Assembly (NCBI GenBank): GCA_038087875.1
Contig: CM075998.1
Coordinates: 3,226,001-3,290,000, forward strand
Origin: Malacoraja senta
Lineage: Eukaryota
Length of the DNA: 64,000 bases
Reading direction: 5' to 3'
Position numbers and translations under genes: made by a program. Shown piece after piece: positions 62,079-64,000 of the stretch (positions are counted from its first letter, which is position 1; each line of letters opens with the position of its first letter). Below the pieces are notes generated by a model. It searched no databases and was not told the origin of the DNA. It saw only the letters and a program-made list of their open reading frames with translations.

Positions 62079-62357
62079 ATCTATGGAGCGAAGGAAATAG
62101 GCAACGTTTTGTCCCGAAACGTTGCCTATTTCCTTTGCTCCATAGATGCTGCTGCACCCGCTGAGTTTCTCCAGCACTTTTGTCTACCATTGACTTGACC
62201 ATTAATCTTTCTTGCAATTGCTGGCTGGAAGGTGCTTTCTGCATTAGGATGGATCCCGGGGTCTCCGGCGCTGGCAAGCGCTGTCAGGCAGCAACTCCAC
62301 CGGGTTGCGCCACCGTGCCGCCCGGCTCACGACGTCATTTGGCCATTTTTCACCCAC

Positions 62358-62538
62358 CGTTTAAAAAGTTCCGCTGGGACTCCAGGATCTGGCTGATGCT
62401 GGAAACCCATCCCTGCCGGATTTCGGGATTGGCGACTTGCAGGACGTATCGCACCATGTTCCCGTCGGTCCCACGAGAGGTCAGCGTGAATTTACACGGG
62501 TCGTTGTCCACCGATTCCTCAAGTCCCAGGCAGCTGAC
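62358..62538 (-). CDS. ARHGEF25: ARHGEF25-like PH-domain exon (VSCLGLEE...QILESQRNFLN)
   Basis: AG/GT, 181 nt; Trio-family PH C-terminal half with the conserved W helix. Confidence 0.92.
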
Positions 62539-62739
62539 CTGGACGGGGAACACGGAGGGAAATCTTCGATAGAGATCGGCGCAGAGGTAACACAAAAACG
62601 CTGGAGTAACTCAGCGGGGACAGGCAGCGTCTCCGGAGAGAAGGAATGGGCGACGTTTCGGGTCCCCTTATCCGAATCATGAATATACAAATGTGAGGAG
62701 AAGTGGCCCCTTTTCACAACTCCACTCTGGAGAACATGG

Positions 62740-63235
62740 ATGGGTACAAACTGCTGGAGTAAGTCAGCGGGCTTGGATGGGTGACGTTTCGGGTCGAGCC
62801 CCTTCTTCAGACTGAGGGTCAGGGGAGAGGGAGACTAGAGGTGTGGACAGGTTCAGAATAAATCGGAGCTGGCGCCGATGGCCCGGGAGAGGTGGAGCCC
62901 ACAATGGTCCATTGTTGGCTGTGGAAGAGGTGATAATGAGGGGCAGTGGAACTAGCAGGACGACTAGGGTGGGGGAGGGGCGGGGAGAGAGGGTTACTTG
63001 AAGTTAGAGAAGTCAATGTTCATACCGCTGGGGTGTAACCTGCCCAAGCGAAATATGAGGTGGTGTTCCTCCAATTTGTGCTGGGCCTCACTCTGACAGT
63101 GGAGGAGGCCCAGGACAGAAAGGTCAGTGTGGGAATGGGAGGGGGAGTTGAAGTGTTTGGCAACCGGGAGATCAGGTGGGCCCAGGCGGACTGAGCGGAG
63201 GTGTCGAACGAAACGATCGCCCAGTCTACGCTGAT
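62740..63235 (-). mobile_element. Penelope-like element 3' fragment
   Basis: RRLGDRFVRHLRSV..HFNSPSHSHTDLSVLGL..KLEEHHLIFRLG.LHPSGMNIDFSNFK*. Confidence 0.85.
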
Positions 63236-63302
63236 GTGTAAAATGGCGGGAGGGTTGGGCTGTAGGGGGGATGGGGCAGGAGGGCGTCGCGCGGCTCCTC
63301 AC

Positions 63303-63494
63303 CTTAATGCTGTTCTTGAAGAGGTAGCCCGGCAGTGAGAAGCCCTTCTTCTTATCCAGTGGCTCACTGAAGATGACGATCTGCTCGAAGAGGAATACCC
63401 GTCGCTCCTTGCAGCGCGACAGCAAGCCGGCGTCCTGCTCCGTCACGTGAAACGTGTCCTGTTGCAGGAGTTTGCCCTGCGCTGTGATCTTGCC
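63303..63494 (-). CDS. ARHGEF25: ARHGEF25-like PH-domain exon (GKITAQGKLLQQDTF...YLFKNSIK); the gene continues beyond the window
   Basis: AG/GTGAG, 192 nt, phase 0/0; ERRVFLFEQIVIFSE motif of Trio/Kalirin/p63RhoGEF. Confidence 0.92.
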
Positions 63495-64000
63495 CTGGGG
63501 GGGGGGGGAGGGGAGGAAGCAACGGCGCGCGGGTCAGGCTCCGCGGAAGCACGGCGGCGCGGCGCAAACGGGAAAACCGAGCGCCACCGATAAACGGCGG
63601 CAACACCTTATCCGAAGACGGACACAAAATGGTGGAGTAACTCAGCGGGTCAGGCAGCATCTCTGGAGAGAGGGAATGGGTGACGTTTCGGGTCAAGAGC
63701 CTTCTTCAGACTGAGAGTCAGGGGAGAGGGAGACACAGAGGTAAGGAAGTGTGAGGTGTGAAAACGGGACAAAGGGGATGGAGATCCAGGCAAATGTAGA
63801 ATAGATCATTGTTGGCTGGGAGAAGGTGACAACAAAGCAAACAGAGATAAAATGTAGTCGGAGTCAGGACTGGTGGGAGAACTGGGAAGGGGAGGGGAAT
63901 CATAGAAACATAGACAATAGGTGCAGGAGTTCAACCCTTCGAGCCAGCACCGCCATTTAAAATGATGATGGCTGATCATCCACAATCAGTACCCCGTTCC

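Noticed and set aside
62994..63446. PH domain-GIY-YIG fusion ORF
   Set aside because: A canonical GTGAG donor at 63302 ends the exon; the in-frame Penelope piece is intronic and partial (only intron retention would create the fusion)

Overview
Vertebrate genomic DNA, very probably from a cartilaginous fish (skate/ray-like; inferred from abundant HE1-type tRNA-derived V-SINEs and HER1/CR1 LINE tails). The + strand carries essentially the whole coding region of SLC11A2 (DMT1/NRAMP2): 15 GT-AG coding exons from 2936 to 45230, giving about 556 aa. A distant alternative last exon at 52203-52262 matches the mammalian non-IRE exon 17 (about 558 aa isoform). The - strand carries the last four coding exons (63494 to 59096) of a Trio-family RhoGEF, best matching ARHGEF25/p63RhoGEF, convergent with SLC11A2. 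Introns are saturated with mobile DNA: a young 5'-truncated L1 with an open 2.9 kb RT frame, two other L1 pieces with TSDs, CR1/HER1, Rex1-like, L2, Tx1 and RTE-type fragments, Penelope GIY-YIG fragments, a deleted Tc1, a hAT fragment and a diverse family of Harbinger-like MITEs. Most notable: (1) short fold-back Penelope-derived elements with a hammerhead-ribozyme core that move as units with 11-17 bp TSDs; (2) recurrent snap-back palindromes at LINE 5' junctions; (3) a four-layer nested insertion; (4) conservation of the DMT1 16A/17 C-terminal switch without an obvious canonical IRE. All calls were made by eye. Exon coordinates were checked for phase; repeat boundaries are approximate and repeat lists are not exhaustive.
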